NCBI RefSeq assembly: GCF_006345805.1
Contig: NW_021836688.1
Span: forward strand, 1 to 22,811
Reading direction: 5' to 3'
DNA length: 22,811 nucleotides
DNA from: Octopus sinensis
Lineage: Eukaryota
The position numbers and the translations under genes are program-made. Below are positions 9,937-19,868 of this stretch, one piece after another. The first letter of the stretch is position 1, and each line of letters starts with the position of its first letter. The notes beneath the pieces were generated by a model that saw only the letters and a list, made by a program, of their open reading frames with translations, had not been told where the DNA came from and did not search any database.

Positions 9937-10795
9937 TGAGTAATCCCATAGATAATGCAGTTTTTTCCATTGCATGAAGTAAAAGTCTGAGGGGACAAAA
10001 TAAACTACCTGCATCAACTTGCTATAAGAGCAGGTAGCTATTTTACCTTGTGCTTATTCTTAGTGCAAGTTTTGAAGGGTGCAGTTCGATTTTAACAGCT
10101 TTGTTTCCAAAGCTATAATGGAAGTGACAAAGGAGCATATTCGGCATATTTTGCTTTATGAGTTCTATAAAGGCAACAATACAACGGAAAGTGAGAGGAA
10201 TATTACTACGGTATATGGGGATCGGGCAATAAGCGTAAGCCAATGTCAATAGTGGTTCCAGTAATTCCGAGCCGGAAACTACAACATAGAAGACGAGCCT
10301 CATACTGGAAGATATGTAGAGCTCGACGAAGACGTCTTGCAAACCCTGGTGGAACAAAATTCCATCGTAACTGTTGAGGAACTAGCAGAGAAGCTTGGAA
10401 TGCTTCATTTAACCATTCATCGACACCTGCGTGCCATCGGAAAAGTCAGCAAATTGGGTCAATGGGTTCCTCACAAACTTTCCGAGTCTAATCGCGCGCA
10501 GAGAGTGAATGTCTCACAAATGAACCTTTTTGGAATGGTGGCTGGTTACTTGAAATGGGTTCTCTATAAAAATGTCAAGCGTCAAAGACAGTTGGTAGGG
10601 AAAGGAGAAACACCAGCACCCCAGGCTGAAGAAGGTCTTCGGCCACGTAAGGTTTAATTATCTGTTTGATAGAATATGAAAGGTTTAGTCCTCACTGAAC
10701 CCAAACGAAAACGATAACAAAGGAGATCTACTGCGAACAGCTTGAGCCGCTTAAGCGAGCCTTAGAAGCAAAAAGACCATCTTTGGTTTGAAGAC
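9935..10795 (+). pseudogene. Decayed, 3'-truncated mariner transposon (Mos1/Hsmar1-like transposase)
   Basis: ATG at 10118: MEVTKEHIRHILLYEFYKG...WFQ*FRAGNYNIEDEPHTGR...TIHRHLRAIGKVSKLGQWVPHKLSE (HTH region and WVPHEL-type linker); in-frame stops; ends before the second catalytic Asp motif. The 5' boundary is approximate. Confidence 0.9.
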
Positions 10796-10939
10796 CGTGG
10801 TCTGTAGAGCGACCCTCATTCCATCTATTATACGGAACCTATAGTCCTTTCTTTCTTTCCACATTTATCATCTCAGAATAAAAATATCCATGTATTTCAG
10901 TCAGTTTATTACCTATGTAATATTGACTTATAACATATG

Positions 10940-11085
10940 TACAGAGAGTGATATGGTAAATTATATCGACCCTACTACATGACTGGTACGAAGGCAGGAT
11001 TTGAACACACAATATGAGGAATCGGAAGCAATATCTCAAAATATTTTGTCTATAACTCTACTGATTCTGCAAATCGACTTCCCTT
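10940..11085 (-). mobile_element. Degenerate, internally deleted Nin-domain-type SINE
   Basis: ATCGACCCTACTACATGACTGGTAC / GGCAGGATTTGAACAC / GATTCTGCAAATCG align with family C. Confidence 0.55.
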
Positions 11086-11111
11086 CCTATTAATACTGCA
11101 GAGTTGTTACG

Positions 11112-11208
11112 ATGATGGTAGTGGTGGTGGTGGTGGTGGTGGTGGTGGTGGTGGTGATGGGTAATGATGATGACGGTGATGATGTTTTGTTGTTAATAAT
11201 AATAATAA

Positions 11209-11261
<53 letters not shown>

Positions 11262-11346
11262 GTGATTATGATGATGATGACGACGATGAGGACGATGGTG
11301 ATGGTGATGGTGATGGTGATGATGATAGCAGTGGTAGTGATGATGA

Positions 11347-11391
<45 letters not shown>

Positions 11392-11392
11392 C
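11112..11392. repeat. Compound (GGT)n/(AAT)n/(GAT)n microsatellite block
   Basis: Direct inspection. Confidence 0.95.
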
Positions 11393-12107
11393 TATTTCAG
11401 ATCTTAAAAGTTGACACTCTGAGTTCGAAAACAGAACAATACAAAAATGACCCCCAACAGCCACCGAAAACAAAAAAAAAAACGTAAAACAAAAAATAAA
11501 ATAAATAAAAATAACAGAAACTGAAAAACTTCCCAATTTCTTTTTTTATTTTCTTGCTTTATCGTTTCTTGAATTTCATTTTTTTTATTGTGCATTTTAT
11601 TATAAATCTTCTACTCGACATTTCTATCTGTTTGATGTCACTTCTTATTAGGCTGACATCTTTATGTTTTTTTCTTGAGATAGCACTCAACTATTTAACT
11701 CTACCCTATCGCCGCCTCTCCATACCAACGCTTTTCTTCTATACCCACACTACGCCTGTCCATTTGATACTTTTAACTTTCATTCTCCTGTCATATTTAT
11801 TAAGTGAAGTCAAGTCGTTCCCACAGTATTTCTGCTGTTTCTTCAAGGTTTTTAAAATAATATTTTACACCCTATGTTGCCCTTTGTAATTTGGCCTCCG
11901 CCATGCCCAGTATAGAGTTAAAAATATTGTTGCAACTCCCATTTAAATTTAGCATTCGCATGCAATTATCAGTCAAATCCCTTGCTCATTGAAAGGATTC
12001 GGTTTGTGTTAGGCTGTGGTTTGTAGAGCGACCCTCACTCCATCTATTATATGGAACTTACAAACAGTTATTTCGAGGAAAGTTTAATCAGCACGTGTAT
12101 TCCTTCA

Positions 12108-13068
12108 GGTCAGCTGAAATTAGGAGGAGAAAGAAGTTTTGAAGATGACCCAAGGTCTGGGCGTCCTGCAACTGCTACCACCGAGAAAAACACTGATCGT
12201 GCTCACCACATGGCAAGGGATGGCAGACGATTGACTATAGATCAAATCGCCAATGCTGCTGGCATGCTTTGGTAGAGAGAGCTGAGAATATTCTCCACAA
12301 TAAAGTTGACACGACAAAGGTTTCTTCTCGGTGGATGCCACGTTTTCTGACATGGTCAAAAGCGTGCCAGGTTCATCACATCACAGCAAAATCTAATATT
12401 GTTTGAGGTAAATCCAACTGGTTTCCTTGAATGCTTCCTAAGCCAGGATGGGTGTTGGGTTGATCACTTTGATCCAGAGACAAAGGGACAATCGATGCAG
12501 TGGAAACACTCCTCACCGTCTCCGAAGAGGGTCAAGTTCGTTTCATCAGCGGGGTAAGTGATGGCCTCAGTTTTGGGGATGCAAAAGGCATTGTGTTTAT
12601 TCAAAGGGGTCACACCGTCAATGGAAAGTAGTCTGCCAATTTGCTGGGGCAGTTACGAAAGTTGATCAAGATCAAACGCTCAGAAAAGCTGACAAAAGGG
12701 GTCTTGTTTCATCAGGACAATGCTCCAGTCCTTGATTTAAATGGCTGCTGTACAGGACTATGATTTTGAACTGGTTGATCATCATCCTTACTCTACTTAT
12801 TTGGTACCATTTGACTATCATCTGTCCTCCAACATGAAAAACCCTTGACTAAGAACCAGTATTGCAGTGTTGATGGTGTCATTTCTGCTGTTGATAAACT
12901 TTGTTTTGCAACAGGATGAAAACTCCTTTACCAATGGGATCCAAGCATTGCAACGCCGATGGAAGAAGTGTGTGGACCGCAAGGAAGACTGTGCTGGAAA
13001 ACAAACCTCATTTGACCACATTCTGTGAGAATATCTTGGTCAGCCTCTGAACTTTTCAGCTGACTGTC
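12108..13068 (+). pseudogene. Decayed mariner transposon (DD34D, probably irritans/Himar1-like) with 5' internal deletion
   Basis: Frameshifted motifs SFEDDPRSGRP, KVSSRWMPRFL, DGCWVDHFDPETKGQSMQW, FHQDNAP and PYSTYLVPFDYHL. TIR remnants GGTCAGCTGAAA (12108-12119) and TTTCAGCTGACT (13054-13065). Confidence 0.9.
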
Positions 13069-13569
13069 ATATGCATTTACCTGTATCTATGTTTCCAGTA
13101 AATTACTGGAGTTGATTTTATTAACCCCCTACCCACAAATTCCAAGCTTCGTCTCTTTATTAGAAACAATACACAATATATCGTTTCTCCATGTTATACA
13201 TTGCACAAGACAACTGCGTCGAAGAGGCTATTTGACATTTCACTACAAATGCTCCACAATGGAAGGAAGAATTTAGTAGAGTTGGTGAAAGCTACGTTCC
13301 TTTCTTTTATCGATAGTCATAAGCAAGATATTTTCCCAACAACTTCTACAGGTGATGAGCAGGAAATATAGCAGGAAATTACCATTTCTCTCACTAACTT
13401 TTACAATCTTGACAAAACATTTGATAGGTGAACAAAGAAAAGATCCATCGCCAACACCGACCGCACAATATTACAGGCAAACCGTATAAAAGGCTGCTGT
13501 GAGTTTGTGTTATTTAATACGATTGATTAAAATAGCGGTAAACTCATACACAAACACACACTAACACTA

Positions 13570-13830
13570 ACACACACACAGTAACATGTGCATACACACG
13601 CACATATACACAAATACACGCAATTGTATGCATGTGTGTGCAATATATACATATATACATGCATACATACATACATACATACATACATACATACATGCAT
13701 GCATACATACATACATACATACATATATATATATATTCCTACACACACACACAGTAACATGTACATACACACGCACATATACACAAATACACGCAGTTGT
13801 ATGCATGTGTGTGCAATATATACATACACG
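13570..13830 (+). repeat. Direct duplication of an about 85-bp CA-rich mosaic, offset 173 bp
   Basis: GTAACATGT(G/A)CATACACACGCACATATACACAAATACACGCA(A/G)TTGTATGCATGTGTGTGCAATATATACATA at 13581 and 13754. Confidence 0.85.
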
Positions 13831-13871
13831 CATATATATATATTATATATAATATATATATAGATATATAT

Positions 13872-13913
<42 letters not shown>

Positions 13914-14012
13914 ATATATACATACTATATACATATATGCATATATATATATATATATTATATATATTATGTATATAGTATGTGTACAAAAATAGGGATG
14001 TATTTACTTGCA

Positions 14013-14058
<46 letters not shown>

Positions 14059-14195
14059 ATTTATATCTGTTGTACACGTAATCATAAATTCAGGCGCAAC
14101 GAGAAGTTGATACAGATTTATTTCGCAGCCTTCTTCAATTAGTATTAATTTCACTCTACAAGAAACCATGCCTACATGTTTGAATTAATATATAC

Positions 14196-14824
14196 AGTCT
14201 TCATTATACAGTTGCATATTCACAAATCAATGCAAACAAAGGGAGCTAGCTCACCAGCTTACCAAAACATCATGGCTACATCAACAGTTCAACTCTATAC
14301 ACACAAAAATACACGGTTTATACAGGCAATGCATGGAAATCCGGAACTGGACAAAATGTCACTGATTTGGCCAGTAAAGGGTAAACATCACAGTAAAGAT
14401 ATATTCTGGTTCTATAATTACAGAAAATTTTTCTTCACATGTTAAAACCCTCATATCAACTAAGATATAAAAAAATTCTCATGAATAAATTCTGCAGAAT
14501 CTCTAAACATCCGCCATTTTGTCACCCCCGTCTATGTGTAATGAATTTGGTAAAAATGTTAATAAAATAAAAAAATAACTGTATTGCGTTTTTTTTTTGC
14601 TCGTGTTCTTTCTTGTTATTTTGCTTTAATAAAGGTGGAAATCGCTGTTATCTATGTAGTGTTGTCCACTTCCGGCCTTCCATACATTGTGTATATATAA
14701 AGTGTGAATTTTCTGTTTATTTAGAGTTGAACTGTTGATGTAACCATGATTTTACAGTGTTCTCATGAACTAGCTTTCTTTATTTGCATTAATTTCTTGA
14801 ATATCCAATTACGTAATGTAATAT
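14196..14824. mobile_element. MITE-like foldback element with about 170-bp diverged inverted arms (about 14196-14366 / 14650-14824)
   Basis: 14269-14297 pairs with 14722-14750 at 28/29; lower-identity complementarity extends both ways (e.g. AATGCAAA, GCTAG.TCA, TGGAA..CCGGAA.TGGACAA). Confidence 0.75.
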
Positions 14825-14833
14825 TGAGCAAAC

Positions 14834-15112
14834 GTGGAGGCACATGGCCTAGTGGTTAGAGCAGTTGACTCGCCGTCGAAGGATCGCGGGTTCGAATCTC
14901 AGACCGGGCGATGTGTGTGTTTAGGAGCGAAACACCTAAACTCAATCGGGGCTCCGGCAGAAGGTAATGGCGAACTTCTACTGACTCTTTCGCCACAACT
15001 TTCTCTCGCTCTTTCCTCCTGTATCTTGCAGCTCACCTTCAACGGACCGGCTTCCAAGGAAACCAGGAAGCCGGCCCTAATGAGCCAGGCGTGGCTCGAG
15101 AAGGAACAAACA
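14834..15112 (+). mobile_element. tRNA-derived SINE (family B), apparently full length
   Basis: A box TGGCCTAGTGGTTAGA, B box GGTTCGAATC; 3' hairpins CCGGCTTCC/GGAAGCCGG and GAGCCA/TGGCTC; ends GAACAAACAA. Confidence 0.85.
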
Positions 15113-15141
15113 ATGTTGAGAAAACATATTCTTTTCTTCCT

Positions 15142-15327
15142 TAGGCACAAGTCCCGAAATTTTTGGGGAAGTGGCCAGTCGATCAGATCGACCTCGGTAC
15201 ACAACTGGTACTTAATTTATTGATCCCGAAAGGGTGAAAGGCAAAGTCGACCTCGGCGGAATTTGAACTCAGACGAAATACTACTAAGCATTTCGTTCGG
15301 TGTGCTAACGTTTCTGCCAGCTCGCCG
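15142..15327 (-). mobile_element. Nin-domain-type SINE (family C), best-preserved copy
   Basis: Minus strand GGCGAGCTGGCAGAAACGTTAGCAC..GAGTTCAAATTCCGCCGAGGTCGACTTTGCCTTTCACCCTTTCGGGATCAATAAATTAAGTACCAG resembles the Nin/Deu conserved SINE domain as I recall it. Confidence 0.85.
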
Positions 15328-15593
15328 TCTTGTTGAGCAAACATATTAACGCAAGCAGGCACACATAATCTCTTGTATAGTAAAATACTACTTGAAGAAG
15401 GTTGCACAACGGCTGTAATCCTTCAGAAGTCACGTGATTAAATGGATCTATGCTCACCTCTCATGCCTCCTGAACTATGCTTTTCATACTTTTCACAGAA
15501 GAACTTGATCGCTCGGATTTTGAAACTGATTTCTATGTAGATTATGATGAGCTTACTGTATGACTCTCTAAATATATATTTATACTGCTCATT

Positions 15594-15634
<41 letters not shown>

Positions 15635-15870
15635 TTATATATATAACGATTCATACATACATACACACCATACACATATAATATACATATATACATACAT
15701 ATGTATATGTATATGTTCCTTTATATGTGTACGTATATGTGTATGTATGTATGTATATGTGTGTGTGTGCAATATCCCTGCATATCTCACATCTATTTTC
15801 ATTTCTCCACTTAACTCTCTATTTCGTATCGTATCTAAATTAACTATTATTTAACCATCCTCTCACACCA

Positions 15871-15916
15871 TCTACGATGAAGGGATATAATAAATATCCT
15901 AGAAACAGCTGTAAGG
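15871..15916 (+). ncRNA. Degenerate type I hammerhead ribozyme motif
   Basis: UCU-ACGAUGA-A-GGGAUAU AAUAA AUAUCCU-A-GAAA-CAGCUG-UA/AGG. 7-bp stem II, palindromic stem III ACAGCUGU; C3U4 altered to AC. Confidence 0.55.
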
Positions 15917-16072
15917 CCTATTTATAAATGTTATAAAATCTTCACACCCTCGGTGTTTTATCTCATTCTGAAAAAAATTTATATATAAATAAATAAATAA
16001 TAAAAGACCGATAAATAAGTACTAACAAAGAATATTAGTATAAAGTGCTAATCGTATGACTGAGTATATATA

Positions 16073-16105
<33 letters not shown>

Positions 16106-16301
16106 AGGTATGGGATCCAGAAGGCTCAAGGTGACAGGTAAAACTGTATAAGTGCTACAGGAGGACAGTAGTTAGACTCTCGGTTCGGTAATAATGAGGA
16201 ATCTAATGCGGGTCTTGTGTGAGCATGTATATTTTAAATAAAACGAGATAACAAAGTCAAGACTGTGTGGTATTTGTAGGACATTTATAAAGAGAAAGGT
16301 A

Positions 16302-16349
16302 GTCTTACATCTGTTTCTGGGATGTTAGGGATATCCCTTCATCAGTGAC
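16302..16349 (-). ncRNA. Type I hammerhead ribozyme motif, core intact, weak stem I
   Basis: Minus: GUCA-CUGAUGA-A-GGGAU AUCCCUAAC AUCCC-A-GAAA-CAGAUG-UA/AGAC. Stem I GUC/GAC with an A.A mismatch next to the core. Confidence 0.65.
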
Positions 16350-16751
16350 GATATGAGAGAGTTAACTAGAGGGAAATATTAAGAATTCTATATAAGGAGG
16401 TATTTTGGAAAAGGATGGATATAAGATGTATAATGAGAAATAAGAGAATAAAAATAAAAATAAATGCAAAAATATATGTAGGATGTTACAGTTTCAGTTC
16501 CATTATCCAAATGGGTAAAAGTGCTTCTTGTCCATGGTATGTAGATTCTGGTAGGAGTTCATATTTTATTATTGCGAGTGGATAGTGTAAAGACATAAAT
16601 TCCATGTGGTGTTCATTCAAGGAAATGTTTCCTCGATAACCTATAGCTCATAGACACAACTCTTTTAGAAACAACAGCAATTGTGTATGAATTATGTTAC
16701 ACACACTAAAGTGATACCAGATGTTTTGCTTCTTCATTCTGCCTAATAAAT

Positions 16752-16807
<56 letters not shown>

Positions 16808-16986
16808 CTCAATGATGAACCACTTATAACCATTCTGTGCTTGACAGCTATATCACCACTTTTGTTTTAGTTGCAATTTAAATCGGAGTTTTAACGGTAA
16901 ACCAACCCGAGCACTTATCATACATACTTATCACATTACGTCATTAGACGGAAGTTTGTATACGTCTGTCTGTCTGTGTGTGTGTC

Positions 16987-16987
<1 letters not shown>

Positions 16988-17049
<62 letters not shown>

Positions 17050-17050
17050 C
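16988..17050. repeat. (TATC)n microsatellite followed by a long TA-rich block
   Basis: Direct inspection. Confidence 0.9.
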
Positions 17051-17068
17051 TTCTCTATCTCTCTCTGC

Positions 17069-17105
<37 letters not shown>

Positions 17106-17140
17106 ATATATATGCATATATATATATATATATATGTATA

Positions 17141-17197
<57 letters not shown>

Positions 17198-17352
17198 GTA
17201 TGTATATGCATATATATAATACATACATACAAAACATACACATACATAATATATATATATGATTAAAGTAAACAGAAAATGGATAAATATTGATCAACAA
17301 CAATTGAATAACATCGACTATTACTTATTAATACCATATAGATAGACTGCAT

Positions 17353-17520
17353 CCCATCTAACAGCTGTTTCTGCTTCCAATGTTATATAGTATTGCCATT
17401 GAAAATTCTAAAAATAAGATTCTTCATATTTGGTAATACATCCGATGTGGAACATGGAGCTTATGCGGATATTTTTACCCCTTAGACAGTTACTCCAACC
17501 TCTAACTCTAATAACTTTAT
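17353..17520 (-). mobile_element. Fragment of the HHR-bearing repeat family at 2960-3070 and 3361-3415; CUGANGA box lost
   Basis: CAGCTGTTTCTGCTTCCAATGT matches 2967-2987; GCGGATATTTTTACCCCTTAGACAGTTACT matches 3364-3392; minus strand keeps GCUCCAUGU/ACAUUGGAAGC and GAAA-CAGCUG-UU. Confidence 0.7.
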
Positions 17521-17569
17521 AAATACATGCATACATACATACATAGATACCTACATACATCATACATAC

Positions 17570-17604
<35 letters not shown>

Positions 17605-18045
17605 ATATATATATAATATATATATATATATCATATATATATTATATATATATATGCATATATATATATGTGTGTGTATGTTTGTGTATGTGGGTGGGTG
17701 ATTATAAGGAAAAATATTTCCTGCAGTGCATGGACATCACTTTGAAGTGCAGAGGATATTAAAATTGAGGCGTTAAGAAATGCAGAAGAAAGAATCAAAT
17801 TTAGGCAAATCAACTTCACATATACATTTATATTTATTCAGCCCTAGACCCACCGTGCATGAATTTCTCCGAAAGTATATTCAATATATCAAACATATCA
17901 AAGATATATAGAAATATAAAAATATTTGAGTAATCAATACATTAAATATATATATATATATATATATATACAAATATATATACATATATATATATATATA
18001 AGTAAATAAATGTAGTTGAACGAAGATGTTATTGAAATTCTTTTA

Positions 18046-18128
18046 CTTTCGACATATGTTTCGAAGACAACATTGGTTTTATTCCAAAGGAATAAACAGT
18101 GTAAAATGCAATCTTCTCATCAGGAAAG
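18046..18128 (-). ncRNA. Type I hammerhead ribozyme, intact core, predicted cleavage between 18051 and 18050
   Basis: Minus: CUUUC-CUGAUGA-GAAGAUUGCAUU-UUACACUG-UUUAUUCC UUU GGAAUAAA-ACC-AAUGUUGUCUUC-GAA-ACAUAUGU-C/GAAAG. 5-bp stem I, 11/12-bp stem II plus apical 8-bp hairpin, palindromic stem III. Confidence 0.85.
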
Positions 18129-18769
18129 AAAGAGAGCTTACCCTGGTAACTGTTTATTGAATTTTCCATGTTAACGGTAAACAAAGGATAATTCATTCAT
18201 CCATTTAAATATATATATATATATATACACGTTAAAAATGTGAGTTTTCTATTTGAATCATGTTGTTTTGATGAAGCAATACTTAATGTTTCATAAAACT
18301 TCTGTGATTTTTTTCATTACTTTATTATTCGTTTCTTTAAGTAATACAATAAATTTGTGTTCAATAAAAATTACTTAATAAACATTTACATACTATAAAC
18401 GTTATTAAATGCCAAATGAACATATATAGGTCGACTTACAGATTATAAAACGAAGTCATAAAAAGAGTTAAGAGTCTAGAAGATAAAATGTTTGGGTATT
18501 ACTAATTCAGTTAATAATCATACGGCCGTTTCTGGGGAAGATAAGTTTCTAAAAAGGCTTATATGCACTGCTTTTTTATAATGAGAATTACCTACTTAGT
18601 GTTTGTATAGAGCTATACGCAAAAGACCAGGGAGTGAAAGTGTTTTGAGTGGTTGAAGGAGATACAAGTCACAATAAGATAAGGCTACTAATGTCTCTAA
18701 AGGTAGAGGAGGGGAGTGTTATATTATTTTACAGAAAAGGTTTCAATTGGTGTGAAGGCTGGTTCTCAC

Positions 18770-19450
18770 CTCTATCCACAATCATAATGAATCATATGTT
18801 GAAAAAAACCTGTTTGCAAGAGTAGACAGAATAATTAATGACTCTTTTAAGCATAATTTGCACTTACCTATAATTGTATTATAAGGAGGAGCTTATAATA
18901 TCCAGTGTATATTGTATGTTTTGGGATTTAAGATCATGTATGTATGTCGAGAATTTGTATTTTATCTTAGTGAAAGAATTTAAGTGAGCTCGTTGAAAAT
19001 TTAAAGTGTTACTTATGTAGGTCCATGCTTGGTGTTTACTCGATGTTTCTACAAGACATTTTTATACAGATAGAACTTCCCAAGCGGGCATGCATTAGAT
19101 ATACGACAATTACAGGTTGTCTTTATTGTTCCACCGTTTATACTTGTTCTGTTGTTGTTATTTTTTGGACTAATATGGGGTGCTGTGCGAGGGTTTTGGT
19201 GTGTATTAGTCTGAACCTGAATTTTATATCTATTAATATAGGCTATTATATTTCCTAAATTTGATGTGGTGGAGTAAGAAAATTTGACTGACGATTTGTT
19301 AAAGTCTGAGTGGTATCTATGGTGCTGTGGAAAGTTTGATTTCAGAATTTAAAAAATAATTTAGGCTAACATTTAACCTGTGTAGAAAAGTCAGTGCGTG
19401 CCATAGGATTTCTCGTTTTCTAGTCTTAGAATATGCTGTTACATTGGACT
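18770..19450 (-). pseudogene. Penelope-like retroelement remnant: linker and GIY-YIG endonuclease domain, frameshifted
   Basis: Stitched minus-strand frames: TRKREILW..FPQHHRYHSDFNKSSVKFSYSTTSNLGNIIAYIN..CNCRISNACPLGK..WTYISNTLNFQRAHLNSF..FSTYIHDLKSQNIQYTL..APPYNTIIGKCKLCLKESLIIL. The order CxC..CPL, YIG-like YIS and CxLCLxE is typical of PLE endonucleases. Confidence 0.85.
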
Positions 19451-19451
19451 G

Positions 19452-19620
19452 GTATGTATGTATGTATGTATGTATGTATGTATGTATGTATGTATGTATT
19501 ATGTATGTATGTATGTATGTATGCATTCATGCATTTATGTATGTATGTAATTATGTATGTATATATGCATGTATATATATATGTATATATATATATATAT
19601 TATATACACAGACACACACA
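19452..19620. repeat. (TATG)n / (TA)n microsatellite
   Basis: Direct inspection; lies where the PLE homology stops. Confidence 0.9.
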
Positions 19621-19624
19621 TGAT

Positions 19625-19706
19625 TTGCTTCTTTCTACCAAATCCACCCATAAGTCTTTGGTCGACGCGGAGCTTTAGTAAAAGACACTTGTCCAAGGTG
19701 CCACGC
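19625..19706 (-). mobile_element. Internal fragment of SINE family A
   Basis: Reverse complement GTGGCACCTTGGACAAGTGTCTTTTACTAAAGC..GACCAAAGACTTATGGGTGGATTTGGTAGA aligns with 48-120. Confidence 0.8.
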
Positions 19707-19745
19707 TGTAAATAATGGCATGTAACTTCTTTTATTTTCTCCTCT

Positions 19746-19868
19746 AGGCACAAGGCTTGAAATTTTTTTGGGGAGGGGGCCAGTCGATTAGATCGATCCC
19801 AGTACGCAACCGGTAGTTGATTTATCGACCCCGAAATGATGAAAGGCAAATTCGACCTCGTCAGAATT
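19746..19868 (-). mobile_element. Nin-domain-type SINE, 3' portion (family C)
   Basis: AGGCACAAGGCTTGAAA..GGCCAGTCGATTAGATCGATCCCAGTACGCAACCGGTA..ATGAAAGGCAAATTCGACCTCG aligns with 15142-15262. Confidence 0.85.

Noticed and set aside
13170-13375. About 70 open codons on the plus strand
   Set aside because: No clear acceptor or start, no recognisable motif, and opposite strand to the supported exons.
14834-14910. Possible tRNA gene (also 9245-9310 and 4881-4950)
   Set aside because: A/B boxes are present but the cloverleaf is incomplete and the sequence continues into SINE body; these are tRNA-derived SINE heads.
15075-15105. CTAATGA-GCCA GGCG TGGC-TCGAGA resembling a hammerhead
   Set aside because: G5 is replaced, there is no GAAA box or stem III, and it is part of the SINE B tail hairpin.
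14834-15407. ORFs of 74-129 aa in GC-richer sequence
   Set aside because: They lie entirely within SINE families B and C.
16480-16630. Possible endonuclease remnant upstream of the 16302 ribozyme
   Set aside because: The open minus-strand frame (about 48 codons) has no GIY-YIG or RT motif I can recognise.
18780-18810. TGA near the expected terminal Cys of the PLE endonuclease (selenocysteine idea)
   Set aside because: The region is frameshifted, a single-base deletion in a TGT ATT CAT-like sequence explains the TGA, and I saw no convincing SECIS.
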